A stretch of DNA of 64,000 bases from Nemertoderma westbladi (taxonomy: Eukaryota; Animalia; Xenacoelomorpha). Positions within the stretch are counted from its first letter, which is position 1; every line of letters begins with the position of its first letter. Position numbers and translations under genes: made by a program. The notes beneath the pieces are model-generated. The model saw only the letters and a program-made list of their open reading frames with translations, was not told the origin of the DNA and searched no databases. Location: the NCBI GenBank assembly GCA_032718475.1, contig JAUCBJ010001382.1, positions 1 through 64,000 of the forward strand, read 5' to 3'. Positions 59,601 through 64,000 of this stretch are shown piece by piece.

Positions 59601-61756
59601 ATTAACTGAATGGTGCAATAGTTAATGAGCTATGGGTAGATTAAGTGAATGGTGCAATAGTTAATGAGCTATGAGTAGATTAAGTGAATGGAGCAATAGT
59701 TAATGAGCTATGGGTAGATTAAGTGAATGGAGCAATAGTTAATGAGCTATGGGTAGATTAAGGGAATGGTGCAATAGTTAATGAGCTATGGGTAGATTAA
59801 GTAAATGGTGCAATAGTTAATGAGCTATGGGTAGATTAAGTGAATGGTGCAATAGTTAATGAGCTATGAGTAGATTAAGTGAATGGTGCAATAGTTAATG
59901 AGCTATGGGTAGATTAAGTGAATGGTGCAATAGTTAATGAGCTATGAGTAGATTAAGTGAATGGAGCAATAGTTAATGAGCTATGGGTAGATTAAGTGAA
60001 TGGAGCAATAGTTAATGAGCTATGGGTAGATTAAGTGAATGGTGCAATAGTTAATGAGCTATGGGTAGATTAAGTGCATGGTGCAATCGTTAATGAGCTA
60101 TGGGTAGATTAAGTAAATGGTGCAATAGTTAATGAGCTATGAGTAGATTAAGTGAATGGAGCAATAGTTAATGAGCTATGGGTGGATTAAGTGAATGGAG
60201 CAATAGTTAATGAGCTATGGGTAGATTAAGTGAATGGAGCAATAGTTAATGAGCTATGGGTAGATTAAGTGAATGGTGCAATAGTTAATGAGCTATGGGT
60301 AGATTAAGTGCATGGAGCAATAGTTAATGAGCTATGAGTAGATTAAGTGAATGGAGCAATAGTTAATGAGCTATGGGTAGATTAAGTGAATGGAGCAATA
60401 GTTAATGAGCTATGGGTAGATTAAGTGAATGGAGCAATAGTTAATGAGCTATGGGTAGATTAAGTGAATGGTGCAATAGTTAATGAGCTATGGGTAGATT
60501 AAGTGCATGGAGCAATAGTTAATGAGCTATGAGTAGATTAAGTAAATGGTGCAATAGTTAATGAGCTATGGGTAGATTAAGTGAATGGTGCAATAGTTAA
60601 TGAGCTATGGGTAGATTAAGGATGGGAAATATATTTTAATTTACTACATTCTGGGAGCTGGAAATATGAACAGGAATTAATTAGAACCGCATTAGGGACC
60701 ACCTGATTTTCGAAAGCCACTGCGCTCAATAATTGAGAAACAAGTAGTCGCAAAGGCAAGCATTGCAGTTGAAATGATGGGGATTGGGTTGGCCATATAT
60801 AATGCAGTGGTTGTTGATTGAAGAGTGGATATCACTTACTTTCACCTTCTAATCCGCAGGCTTTCTGCAGTAGCACTGCACTGTGTAGACTTTTGCTCGA
60901 TGTTAATTAGCTGTAGCAATCGTAAGCTACTTGTTTCCTAGTTGGAGCTTACTCAAATGCTTGCCCCATCAAAGGAATTATCCAAGTGGATAAGAAGGGA
61001 AATAACAATATGGCACATATGGAGAATGTACATGAGTTGGATAGTTGAAACACAGTGTTGAAGCATGTAATAGGTATCATAGGATGATAGGAGTTGCCGG
61101 ATATCCCTAACTCAAGTGGTTTGTAAGAGGATACTAAGACAGACTTATACACAATGGAAATATTTTGAATATAGTTGTTACCAATTTCAGTTATAAATTA
61201 TTGATGCCAACCTTTCTATGGTATGGGGTATTGCTGTTTCCTTTTCACCATCATAACTCACACCAGGAAGTGCAATTTGATCTTGATCAGGATGGTCATC
61301 AGTGTGTGATTTGGGGGCGACCCTAAATTAATGATGATTATATTCGAATATTATGAAGTGCTTAATTTAGTTAATGAGTGTTTGAATGATATATATGTAG
61401 ATGATCTGAGAAATTGTATACTTTATTTGATTACATTAGTACTTTCTAGCCCTAACTACCATCTTAAATTCGATGTTAAGAAACTGTTTTCAAGGGCAGG
61501 GGTGGGTTGTGAAAAATCGCTCAAAATATGGTCATATAATTGAAAGTAAAATGTATTATCAGCAAACCTTTCTATAGGCAATGATTTCCGTTTTAGTCTT
61601 TTAATATCTTCTTTTAGTGTGTCAATATGAGTTTCCAAAGACTTGTTTCTCTTTGTTAAGATCTTAATTTCACTCTCAGCTTTCTTTGCATCATTTTTAG
61701 CAGATTGCAGGTCTAGTTTAAGTTGTTTTGAGTCATCTTGTTTGTAAGTCATTGGC
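1049..61756 (-). CDS. Multi-exon host gene encoding a long coiled-coil repeat protein (partial; 5' end lies beyond the window)
   Basis: 27 intact paralogous exons, each bounded by YAG and GT. All are phase 2-2 (nearly all split an Arg codon AG|N), with lengths of 102-384 nt divisible by 3 and open reading frames. Many acceptors have (A)CTAAC about 25 nt upstream. The ORF-track Met starts and C-terminal tails are intron sequence. Confidence 0.8.
3969..4060. repeat. Inverted copy of flanking intron sequence at the 5' junction of the SINE
   Basis: Reverse complement of ~3860-3956 with about 4 mismatches; lies inside the SINE target-site duplication. Confidence 0.8.
4074..4335 (+). mobile_element. 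tRNA-derived SINE
   Basis: A-box-like TGGTCTAGAGG, B-box-like GGGATCGATCCC, central ctttcatccttcagtggtcgataaatg motif typical of metazoan SINE cores, CATT tail, and 15-bp TSD attagggacaaataa (3954-3968 and 4336-4350). Confidence 0.8.
6787..8877 (+). mobile_element. 5'-truncated, degraded non-LTR retrotransposon (RTE-X-like RT; clade tentative)
   Basis: ORF fragments with NYRPIAL, NQFGFK, FLDASKAFD, YADDL and C-terminal VAYNNIFRIL..CSASQM, broken by stops and frameshifts. It interrupts a short-type intron with attaga duplicated (6781-6786 and 8878-8883). Confidence 0.85.
8131..8290. repeat. 4 x 40-bp tandem duplication inside the LINE
   Basis: tacagatacacttagtgatgataaggatatagttaggcat repeated four times. 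Confidence 0.9.
9581..9765. mobile_element. Short foldback insertion made of two inverted SINE-like 3' halves
   Basis: Arms aattaaacaggactaaggatgatccaac...gttggatcatccttagtcctgtttaatt. Absent from paralogous long introns. One arm matches 17826-17900. Confidence 0.7.
12684..13570 (-). mobile_element. Degraded Ty3/Gypsy pol fragment (RT-RNase H link and integrase)
   Basis: Translated pieces ALISPPVLAPF..TRLETDASR, CDTCQ, DLFELRGKHFL..DQYSSFP and ILRTDG; no LTRs. Confidence 0.75.
13576..13941 (-). pseudogene. Truncated long-type coiled-coil exon with no splice donor
   Basis: Intact acceptor with TACTAAC, homologous to 18855-19238. Homology stops at ..LETHI and the frame runs into a stop at 13554-13556 next to the Gypsy fragment. 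Confidence 0.7.
14227..14424 (-). CDS. Host exon type B (198 nt, ASSPITHDQSETKEIQVEMK..)
   Basis: tttag acceptor, AG|gtgtgc donor, open, phase 2-2. Confidence 0.75.
14815..15021 (-). CDS. Host exon type C (207 nt, VSSSNITYQQSDHRECQLELQFSKDE..)
   Basis: tttag acceptor, AAG|gtttgc donor, open, phase 2-2. Confidence 0.8.
15053..15759. repeat. 39-bp minisatellite (~18 copies)
   Basis: Unit gtgaatggwgcaatagttaatgagctatgrgtagattaa; paralog at 59294-60619. Confidence 0.95.
15760..16480. mobile_element. Non-autonomous TTAA-specific DNA transposon (Kolobok-like MITE)
   Basis: TIRs gggggggtacaccatttt...aaaatggtgtaccccccc with TTAA TSD (15756-15759 and 16481-16484). The paralog has the empty site gtagattaaggatggg at ~60615. 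Confidence 0.88.
16693..17593. repeat. 18-bp minisatellite (tagattaggattagtgtg)n
   Basis: Directly visible tandem array of about 48 units. Confidence 0.95.
17826..17918 (-). mobile_element. 5'-truncated tRNA-derived SINE
   Basis: Minus strand starts with a tRNA T-arm/B-box-like cgcgggtttgatccccgctggtggcga. TSD ataagcataattaat at 17811-17825 and 17920-17934. Confidence 0.65.
18022..18123 (-). CDS. Host exon type D (102 nt, short acidic linker VVAKSPTNDDSDQDQF..SIER)
   Basis: atcag acceptor, AAG|gttggt donor, open, phase 2-2; paralogs at 58173 and 61212. Confidence 0.75.
18535..18840. mobile_element. Single arm of a Tc1/mariner-like MITE
   Basis: Homologous to 54230-54524; ends ..catggtg followed by TA. 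Confidence 0.55.
18855..19238 (-). CDS. Host exon type A-long (384 nt, two fused coiled-coil repeats)
   Basis: TACTAAC branch, tttag acceptor, AAG|gttcgc donor, open (inside ORF 18833-19342). Confidence 0.8.
19709..19915 (-). CDS. Host exon type C (207 nt)
   Basis: tttag acceptor, AAG|gtttgc donor, open, phase 2-2. Confidence 0.8.
20385..20754. repeat. 9-bp tandem array (actcattta)n, left part
   Basis: Continues at 51733-51958 beyond the BEL insertion. Confidence 0.95.
20755..23022 (+). repeat. BEL 5' LTR (2268 bp)
   Basis: tgttacgg...gtttaaca; nearly identical to the 3' LTR. CCAAT at ~21230 and TATAAA at ~21282. Confidence 0.93.
23023..23033 (+). promoter_or_regulatory. Non-tRNA primer-binding site candidate of the BEL element
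   Basis: gtaaggtatg directly after the LTR is the exact reverse complement of LTR bases 21871-21880 (cataccttac). No TGG-type PBS. Confidence 0.6.
23810..25112 (-). CDS. Gypsy integrase with a C-terminal PHD finger; frameshifted from pol near 25112
   Basis: YHGDNSSGHF..CSKC (HHCC), GVDLMG, SDQG, GLAER, GPF motif, then CPIC..MISCDRCFDWFHFHCVG..WYCSDY. Confidence 0.9.
25101..29156 (-). CDS. Gypsy gag-pol (two CCHC knuckles, protease, RT, RNase H)
   Basis: CFNCSRIGHMAKDC, CYGCGKLGHRKMDC, FVDTGS, YLDD, HTDAS, TDHSAL. Confidence 0.93.
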   Translation of the reverse strand: MFKLEKRITRQNPLDVRRQYHKDIEAAKQMSKKDDPTKKGQGQSQGHGQQLNKEDDGSVASGKGESTWGMMEMFKQMMLNQAELMQQQTTAMMDRQYQFMQEHSRAMAMQQNEFFSNLMESHKVTEDSRFRELQDMLSNERDTANEPNSGRRDHGDDSGRGSRGTGAHQIHRCTKLSETIPPFDPKKMSIQTWFDDYYDRIMDDSRVPQDERRDRLLAKVGRLHTMLEETLEEDDRSDYLSLKKAVIDLLSDHKENTASNIATCKQGINESLPEFVERFMMAVRRRREQFDGNGEESILQDFFASNVRCELSGRLRGWRRLNVQSTWKELFRKAYALDMELSNTVVKSIVNTNEVETNAIRGNSKPISSNYSDSSSTKPKITCFNCSRIGHMAKDCRNPVKCYGCGKLGHRKMDCFKEKLKHSSKSNDNCRESTSKETGCSLVQVGFDKLNLTQDDYRDDEMVDVKSKLEPITSSAVTIEQKKSFNLQLKGQCLRRCFVFSSLEGIPKRAFVDTGSEISIISSDVLEEIQSCSSMKFELRKPYFETKSASGHPLDIVGCVKIKMCLGGVEHLVELQVNRKPSHEFLIGLDILGAFECGLKWNFCGEMVLIVNGQDVATETISRPMGDGSVSAVWCNEIVTIPPRSRLMISGELSSPLPISNKQPLLFTQGVNVNKRHGVCAATAISYPDDLQRIPVQVMNLNEFPIRINKHTMLGSVDCLSIKNTADYSVTEDDENIMSMPVGEKSRKTWSRGEFISRLHIEEDEYSDESMKDKLTDVLYKHRDVFAQHELDLGLVKGVQHHINTGDASPIKVRGHRVPRSQWPVVEEHVKSMLEKDVIEHSESPWQFRPVFALKKGGELRFCIDFRPLNAVTHKDAYPLPSIQELIDCIGPQPTDTKRLYCSLLDTYSAYWTVEIASEDRCKTAFGTHLGLYQFKRMPYGLCNAPPTFQRMMDMTLSGLQYIICLVYLDDILVFAFSALEHIQRLDIILEALGKVGIKLKISKCKFSMPSIVYLGHVIDVNGRYPDPEKVSQLLNIKPLTSKKEIRMFTGLASYYRIYIPHCANRMKALTSLMKDNIRFTWGEEQQAAMDDIKQALSNPPCLAHADFNADFLLHTDASRSGLGAVLAQVNDSSRVQPVAYASRTLQGSEHNYSISDLECLGVVWAIKHFRPYLYGRKFTVYTDHSALTSLLTAKQLEGRLARWALWLSQFNCEIRYRPGIKNRDADALSRLVPLCCSEKENGNCPLDKVVSSVEVSEIVIEDEVDVHSFKVDISVKQRNDNKLKCIINYLEDGTLPIQLKAARRIVLEATNYELSNGVLYYRFKSKDSHKIRLLTVVPESLRGDMVMVPW
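30368..33625 (+). CDS. BEL gag N-terminal part, with a long charged helical extension and a DUF1759-like domain
   Basis: 1085-aa ORF with ERELQLERERE repeats and LPTQQPQKFMGNHKHWRTFK..EKFNYLLQML. Confidence 0.85.
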   Translation: MSVSDKEALEDSYETAAGPPTDDSVNITVDDNADYDDAASDADVSEQEDETVTSEEEELPQVIVLGSPTATDRKDCTAARTEVSDRESSVAEARARSPVSRPVGMVSAVVPTAVRSTRSSRNNPSSPPSVSQVSERELDIAIKKKLRAHAGHITRTADKVRKMLADSANIGRVELVEIRRGYNSALFKQTEELAVLAKKAVESQSSDVATRIYDRVLAALLEHRELSERFRRVRTENWLLWASQAQATQVSDAELRDLVEREEIQDKEERRYQREVTSWLMQNGVVVPGQVLPTTENIQQRTLTPPDDASRDSGDSQVSHARGKVICARSLVSHNSAEERRRRLDEQQAEVLRASEARKEAERERERTRKLDAKLRELEDKGKREQLEREQEERELQLEREREERKLEREREECELQLKREREERELQLKRERELRLEREREREAKEREQRRRELQLEHERKERELEIEKERRALYEEKARVEEESAARRAREEEERKLAQLESARLSLESEERTRKANEIAEKGMRMIEECGASVGTELRELFALQKAEQEARTPTIRESTTTRIPIPGPAITSTRIAKPFSTYRTPVGISASPIAQDLRHQNTAPLYTERDNGEFRETPTGRVLGEPNPRVWNTQTERRPSSTENFRVKPEEGSYERQRITQIEPTIQQNPSQEFITRDELSASLAQAISPHIQPITDMLSNLRLKEAAQVRSNSNPSRHELDKVQPSQRVRISEETIPHRPQVRTPVPNIHNPNFENSAEKFIQDAWVRASARKPSRALRTDTESSDEEEDMRRQKSRNYKERRTDAEQVSWNHRERTRLNNPAELNHLLTRNDATLRDIGKFAARQGLPTQQPQKFMGNHKHWRTFKTYVDEQLTNSTFTPNEKFNYLLQMLHREPRAIADFGNERAFELAMKTLSDIYGNKTKMAQSIVEDLGKGGRITTPLELLNLANAISNALDILRTVNLPHHGDHAEVLKSVIRRLNMRYRQKWRKLEHKLEGQGKVLTLQHIHDMIATDAVAEMKSNFSEENMRESKPVTGKSMVSFDDDRTTVTFNSVDRYNSNTPAFRSDSRVWSGERLDRPG
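33616..38766 (+). CDS. BEL gag zinc knuckles plus pol (protease, RT, RNase H, integrase)
   Basis: Three Cys-His knuckles, MLDTAS, YLPHH, CDIEAMFHQV, YMDD, FSDAS, WTDAS, GVDCFGP, SDKGTNF, GGSWERLV. In the -1 frame relative to the upstream ORF. Confidence 0.95.
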   Translation, partial: TWLKQQELPDGFVGCQYCLLKEVRSDDHKLDSCRRFKELNSEQRRVQVRTLDTCWACLAPGHVRRQCPNSKDGCMECGRLHHKLLHADFHTPTDRYLQRNPQRKGSKEPISIRRNTYTGIQDDGYQPGSSDEDGESSAREVTCQGFTADSSSTSARTYLSSATSEIFSVIPVKLTGDKGSKRIYVMLDTASTLSYIDEEVARAVSSFQDAEEIQIELKSMHGVGDLKGHRISVELDSLLPRDQHTRQERKALPLDGFKCLAMKGFGRQLGKVPPMSPIAQEYFDKLRIPRHQVGYRNVSMLIGAEQLIAHQIWETRPAEPHVNGPHAHRTILGWYTRVPMSYEFTGGDKPINRYDELQPIIQPPLVEPPDIDEFRRTCIDHYSDFSESDEELIPDNVWLSEPLHNDRTDSEPEDYCYQTRGSGSAAHATYLTNVLTYTDIVEGQVAKYRDLDIFQYSEEELQKELIRQDLETGARTVEWLDRDAMEPGGYDLAMSTDEKRSLEMMEDTIRLLPTGHFEVGMLWRRQPPKLENNYNLALKRLNGVRARLLKNPDIREKYCAQINNYFAKGFAGKVEDPDLVTDQTYYLPHHYVTHPDKPDKVRVVNDCAAVYRGMSLNSELMDGPNLNNYLIGILLRFRQRRFAFTCDIEAMFHQVRACKADQDSLRFLWYENEDLSGPVVTYQMYVRIFGARDSPNGTLFVLKKTATAQIGKYPVEVIESILRNFYMDDGLVSKDTAEQAIEVAHGLQECLATGGFPLTKFTTNSEALLESFPVKDRGSGDIELGVEPIPMARVLGLAWNPNSDKFQVRVRFEPSSPDKVLTKRICLSTLSRLFDPMNFISPVILQARACMRKIWLSDVEWDEPISPIHAKQWREWEAELHLLKNIDVPRSYFPNQLVFPADLELHMFSDASDTGFGMVAYLRREVSQDKFETAFVTSRSKTMPVKYMTVPRAELQAAVVSVEVSKQITEELDTTLTLFYWTDASLVLVYIAADNIALKTFVANRRAQIVDFSTKEQWRHCPGVLNPADITSRGAMPAEFCQEESQEFWLHGPDFLTRTQEHWPERLKIVTNPMPEDAEVKVEKVSKSKSKAKLKSLERPEESLERPEESLERPGDLSDQQTYVTTRSGRVSYDIKPPLQTKPESQFVSDGQKMTDKMEPLVSKPAGLDSKLPLVSGQPSLALESCSVYDKLLNSSASWLTICKRTAWLSRYILYLCLKHSKHLREPLSTNSERIRKLKQPLTGDEIDQAELKHLKHYQMCAFPKEFHLLSAQRPVLYKPLRKWSPLIHKGLICHRSRIQTVDINSQFRFPVIIPSHPIELQRAILWDIHKRLHHAGKLHCLSAARQRFILLQPSRAVGTMYDACLVCKRVNARVLEQEMAELPEARVQAYDPPFTNTGVDCFGPIEEKSGRLTHKRWGLLLTCMASRAIHIERVADMSTKSLLLALKRFMARRGLVKAFYSDKGTNFVGGNSELNAAHKAAQNKEISAALLPQRVEWRFNTPESPWRGGSWERLVRSVKQAIAKTLPVNKQLTDDELVTAFIEIEHTLNSRPIAMLPDGVALTPNHLLMQSPAFLVPASEPVSADLYSRKSWKVTQFVAYTFWEYWREYYLPTISTRTKWYKTVRSLQRGDYVLITEPIVKRKYWETGVILHTHPDVQNIVRTVTVKIRCKCPHPKKCKTNGLHTLDRPVQDIVLLEETRIETGDYNLSPASKQS
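39526..39888 (+). CDS. Orphan accessory ORF downstream of BEL pol; coding-like sequence continues, broken, to ~40594
   Basis: ATG-initiated 120-aa ORF in a GC-richer island, followed by overlapping ORFs at 39885-40187 and 40376-40594. No recognisable domain. Confidence 0.45.
   Translation: MEKDIRAQPRRGFTAGEEAELPFARPGCKDSNVYYHGRSVMELNGKYKPTIPDRLDEQHPEPILTRCPAHRFFRYNEGGYPMSNPMISIDFSGKRPPRPITPTVTTLDPYTEIKPVRHPV
43290..45890. repeat. Complex tandem-repeat region in the 3' part of the nested element
   Basis: ctaact runs interspersed with palindromic taggtactacgtaccta units and ggcaccctatgtgcc units. Confidence 0.9.
45925..49666 (-). CDS. Gag-like protein of the nested element (two overlapping ORFs that join if one G is removed from the G9 run at 48383-48391)
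   Basis: Charged helical region, Asn-rich and Gly/Arg-rich segments, and BEL-type knuckles CQLHRDGTHKTRSC..LCHRCVVKGHRSGEC. Confidence 0.7.
49709..49805 (-). promoter_or_regulatory. Triplicated LTR-end plus non-tRNA PBS module (44-bp period)
   Basis: Minus-strand cccgtcaca|gtcttaaca occurs three times (PBS copies at 49797-49805, 49753-49761, 49709-49717). gtcttaaca is complementary to LTR 50007-50015. Confidence 0.7.
51733..51958. repeat. 9-bp tandem array (actcattta)n, right part
   Basis: Same unit as 20385-20754. Confidence 0.95.
51965..52647. repeat. 48-bp minisatellite (~14 nearly identical copies)
   Basis: Unit accagtagataacatgctgattggatacaggcgatgctcgttcctaaa; no spacers. Confidence 0.95.
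52685..54524. mobile_element. Long-TIR Tc1/mariner-like non-autonomous element (left arm truncated) enclosing a LINE fragment
   Basis: 52685-52880 is an imperfect inverted repeat of 54125-54335; the right end is ..ctcacggtg followed by TA. Confidence 0.6.
52950..54100 (+). mobile_element. CRE-clade-like non-LTR retrotransposon fragment
   Basis: QRGDPLASLFF, WFLDDGSLGG, LLGAPLG, QASLPIALGGLGVR, AGDWLHAMP, followed by a frameshifted Cys/His region. Confidence 0.8.
54671..54868 (-). CDS. Host exon type B (198 nt)
   Basis: TACTAAC, cttag acceptor, AAG|gtttgc donor, open. Confidence 0.8.
55146..57003. repeat. 32-bp minisatellite (~58 copies, recurring variant blocks)
   Basis: Unit aagataactcgagaactaaaagakatctytct. 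Confidence 0.95.
57248..57430 (-). CDS. Host exon type C, shortened (183 nt)
   Basis: tttag acceptor, AAG|gtttga donor, open; 24 nt shorter than other C exons, in frame. Confidence 0.75.
57803..57952. repeat. 14-bp tandem repeat (gcaaaggaagtgat)n
   Basis: About 10 copies. Confidence 0.9.
58173..58283 (-). CDS. Host exon type D (111 nt)
   Basis: tttag acceptor, AAG|gttggc donor, open. Confidence 0.75.
58632..58874 (-). CDS. Host exon type A, internally deleted form of A-long (243 nt)
   Basis: TACTAAC, tttag acceptor, AAG|gtttgc donor, open. Confidence 0.8.
59054..59260 (-). CDS. Host exon type C (207 nt)
   Basis: Close paralog of 14815-15021; open. Confidence 0.8.
59294..60619. repeat. 39-bp minisatellite (~34 copies)
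   Basis: Same unit and same intron position as 15053-15759. Confidence 0.95.
61212..61322 (-). CDS. Host exon type D (111 nt)
   Basis: VAPKSHTDDHPDQDQIALPGVSYDGEKETAIPHTIER; AG/GT bounded. Confidence 0.75.
61568..61756 (-). CDS. Host exon, A-related (189 nt)
   Basis: T-rich ..cattatag acceptor, AAG|gtttgc donor, open, phase 2-2. Confidence 0.7.
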
Positions 61757-61789
61757 CTATAATGATAAAATAAAATAAAAAAATGTGTG

Positions 61790-64000
61790 GTCAATACTGG
61801 AAAGGATTGCGGTCGACAATGCGTATTTACTGATTCCAAACCAGAGTTTTCAATAAAACGCACGTATGCGGTGGATGTGGTCGAGCTCGATTATATTTGG
61901 TTCTGTTGCGAAAATGTTGCAGCCGTAAGAAACAGACGGTAGGACGATCGCTAGCCATATTTTCCTTGCGGTGGCAATCGAGACAACGTTAAGTTTTACC
62001 TTTATTGCAATTCGCGTACAACAGGCAATCCCCTTGCGATACAGGTGGTCGTAATGGGACCTAGGTCCGTTTTTGGTTGATAGCGTCACACCGAGATATT
62101 CGAATGAAGGTTGAAACTCGATGGGGGAACCGTTGTATATCAGAACATCGCTTCGAGCCAACCGGCCACCGTTGCGAAATTTAACAGCTTTGGTTTTTCG
62201 ATATGTTGACCTTTAGATCGTTGCACCTCGCAATATTCAGATAGTTTGTTTAGTCCATCATGTACAACGGCTATGGATTCACCGGCGATAACGAGATCGT
62301 CTGCATACATAATTACCCAACAGGCTGCGATAGCAATGAATGCAGGTAGATCGGCGATGAGGAGGCTGAACAACAGGGGTGATAGTCGGTCTCCTTGAAC
62401 AACTCCGATAGATTGACTTATTGGGTCTATGATATAAGGTCTAGTGCAGATACATACAAAGTTAACGGCAATGAGCGCCCATATCACACGTATGAACTTC
62501 CTGCTAACTCCGTAACTGGACAGCTTCTTGCATAGGATCTCTCTGTTTACAGAGTCGAAAGCTTTAGAGAAATCCACAAATACACAGTATAAATGTCCAC
62601 CTGATGGTGCTAGGGCTTCATTTATTCGGTCGTATAGAGGCATTTAACAGCCATAATCGTAGAACTGGCTGTGCGGAAACCATTTAAATAGTCTCGAGCT
62701 TAGTATGGCGGTATATGTTTTTAATAAACATGATAGAAGCGCTATACCCCTATAGCTGTCGGGAGAGGATTTTGCTCCTTTCCCCTTGAACAGAGGGAGT
62801 AAATAGGAGGCGAGCCACGCAGTCGGGCAACTCACTGTTGTGAAGCACAGCGAGAATAGTGCGAGTAGATATGGGAGGAGATGGCCGAAACCCCACTTCA
62901 GAGATTAGTTGGTTACTCCATCGGGCCCGGCTGCTTTGTTTATTTTCTGATTCGAGACCACCGCGGTAATTTCCTCGGCTCTGAATGGCGCATCGAGATA
63001 GTTGCTTGGATTTTCAGGTAGGTCTGGCAGGTTCGGATCGCGGGTTGCAGTCAGCAGTTTACATTTTAAATGGGTAAGCCACGATTCTTGTGGAACTTGG
63101 TGTGCAACAGGTTTCGGTTGTGAACCTTTCAGTATGTTCCAAAACGAGGTTTTGTCTGACTCACAGTCCTTGATCAGTTTGTGTTCCTTCCTCGCCTGGT
63201 ACAATTTTCTCTTGTTTGTTAACATGTGTTTGTATTCTCGTTTCTGATCTCTATAGGTTCTATATGTACAAATTGATGGTCTTTCTCGCATAGCATGTAG
63301 ACTCTATGTCAGTTTCTTCCTTGCGGCATGACATTGCCTGTCAAACCAAGGTTTTGATTTTTGTGGGGTTGGTGTGGTTGAAGAGTTGATTATAGCTGAT
63401 GTAATATATGAGCATGCAGAGTTGACTCCTTCATGAAGTGCCGATTGGAACTCGTCTGGATTTAACAATTCGCCTAGTTTGTCAACGTCTATTGACCTCA
63501 CGTCTTTAGTTCTATGCTGAGGTTTAGTTACTTCTCCGAGCGGTAATTCTAAACATACCCGTTGATGTTTCGTAGTTATCGTAGGTTGTACTTTCAATAA
63601 TATATCATCTGCGAGTTCGCTCTCTGCAAATACAAGATCAATAGAACTACGTCCGTTCCAACAATAGTAGGTTGGAAAGTCAGGATCATTCAGGCAATGT
63701 AGGCCGGCACCTAACAGGCCACTGCACAGCGTGTTGCCACGTTCAGCGGTTCCGTCGACAATATCAACATACTGCATTGCAGCTGCATTAAGAAAATACT
63801 TGTCCCAGCGTATCCATAAAATTGGACAAGGCAAAAACTCCCTGTCTCATATGACTTTAGCGAGACTTTCCGCGTCTTCAAGACCTGTGTCCCGTAAGAG
63901 GCATCAGTGGTGGGTGTCCACCATGATAACACATTCCAAATGGAACAAATTCCAAATACACATTACAGGCCACCACAGTTCAAGATCGTGTTTTGGGTGG
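61790..64000 (-). mobile_element. Degraded APE-type non-LTR retrotransposon (runs off the window end)
   Basis: PTYY..GRSSIDLVF (APE), KAAGPDG, YRGIAL, FVDFSKAFDSV, GVVQGDRLSPLLF, YADDL; several stops and frameshifts. Confidence 0.88.

Overview
AT-rich eukaryotic (probably invertebrate animal) genomic DNA. The backbone is one minus-strand, intron-rich gene made of paralogous phase-2/phase-2 exons, all multiples of 3 nt, mostly encoding coiled-coil repeats. It has 15 near-identical 201-bp exons at 1.0-12.6 kb, 12 more diverged intact exons up to 61.8 kb, and one truncated exon. Its introns hold SINEs, LINE fragments, MITEs and minisatellites. One ~35-kb intron holds a young nest of LTR elements: a full-length BEL/Pao element (20755-51732, 2.27-kb LTRs), a Ty3/Gypsy element with a PHD-finger integrase in its leader, and a gag-only BEL-like element in its 3' LTR. 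Most unusual: neither BEL-type element has a tRNA primer-binding site. In both, the bases directly after the 5' LTR are complementary to the element's own LTR, which suggests tRNA-independent self-priming. The large BEL element also has a ~400-nt long-range RNA duplex that brackets gag-pol and brings a splice donor next to a branch point and acceptor upstream of an orphan 3' ORF. All alignments were done by eye and no searches were run.
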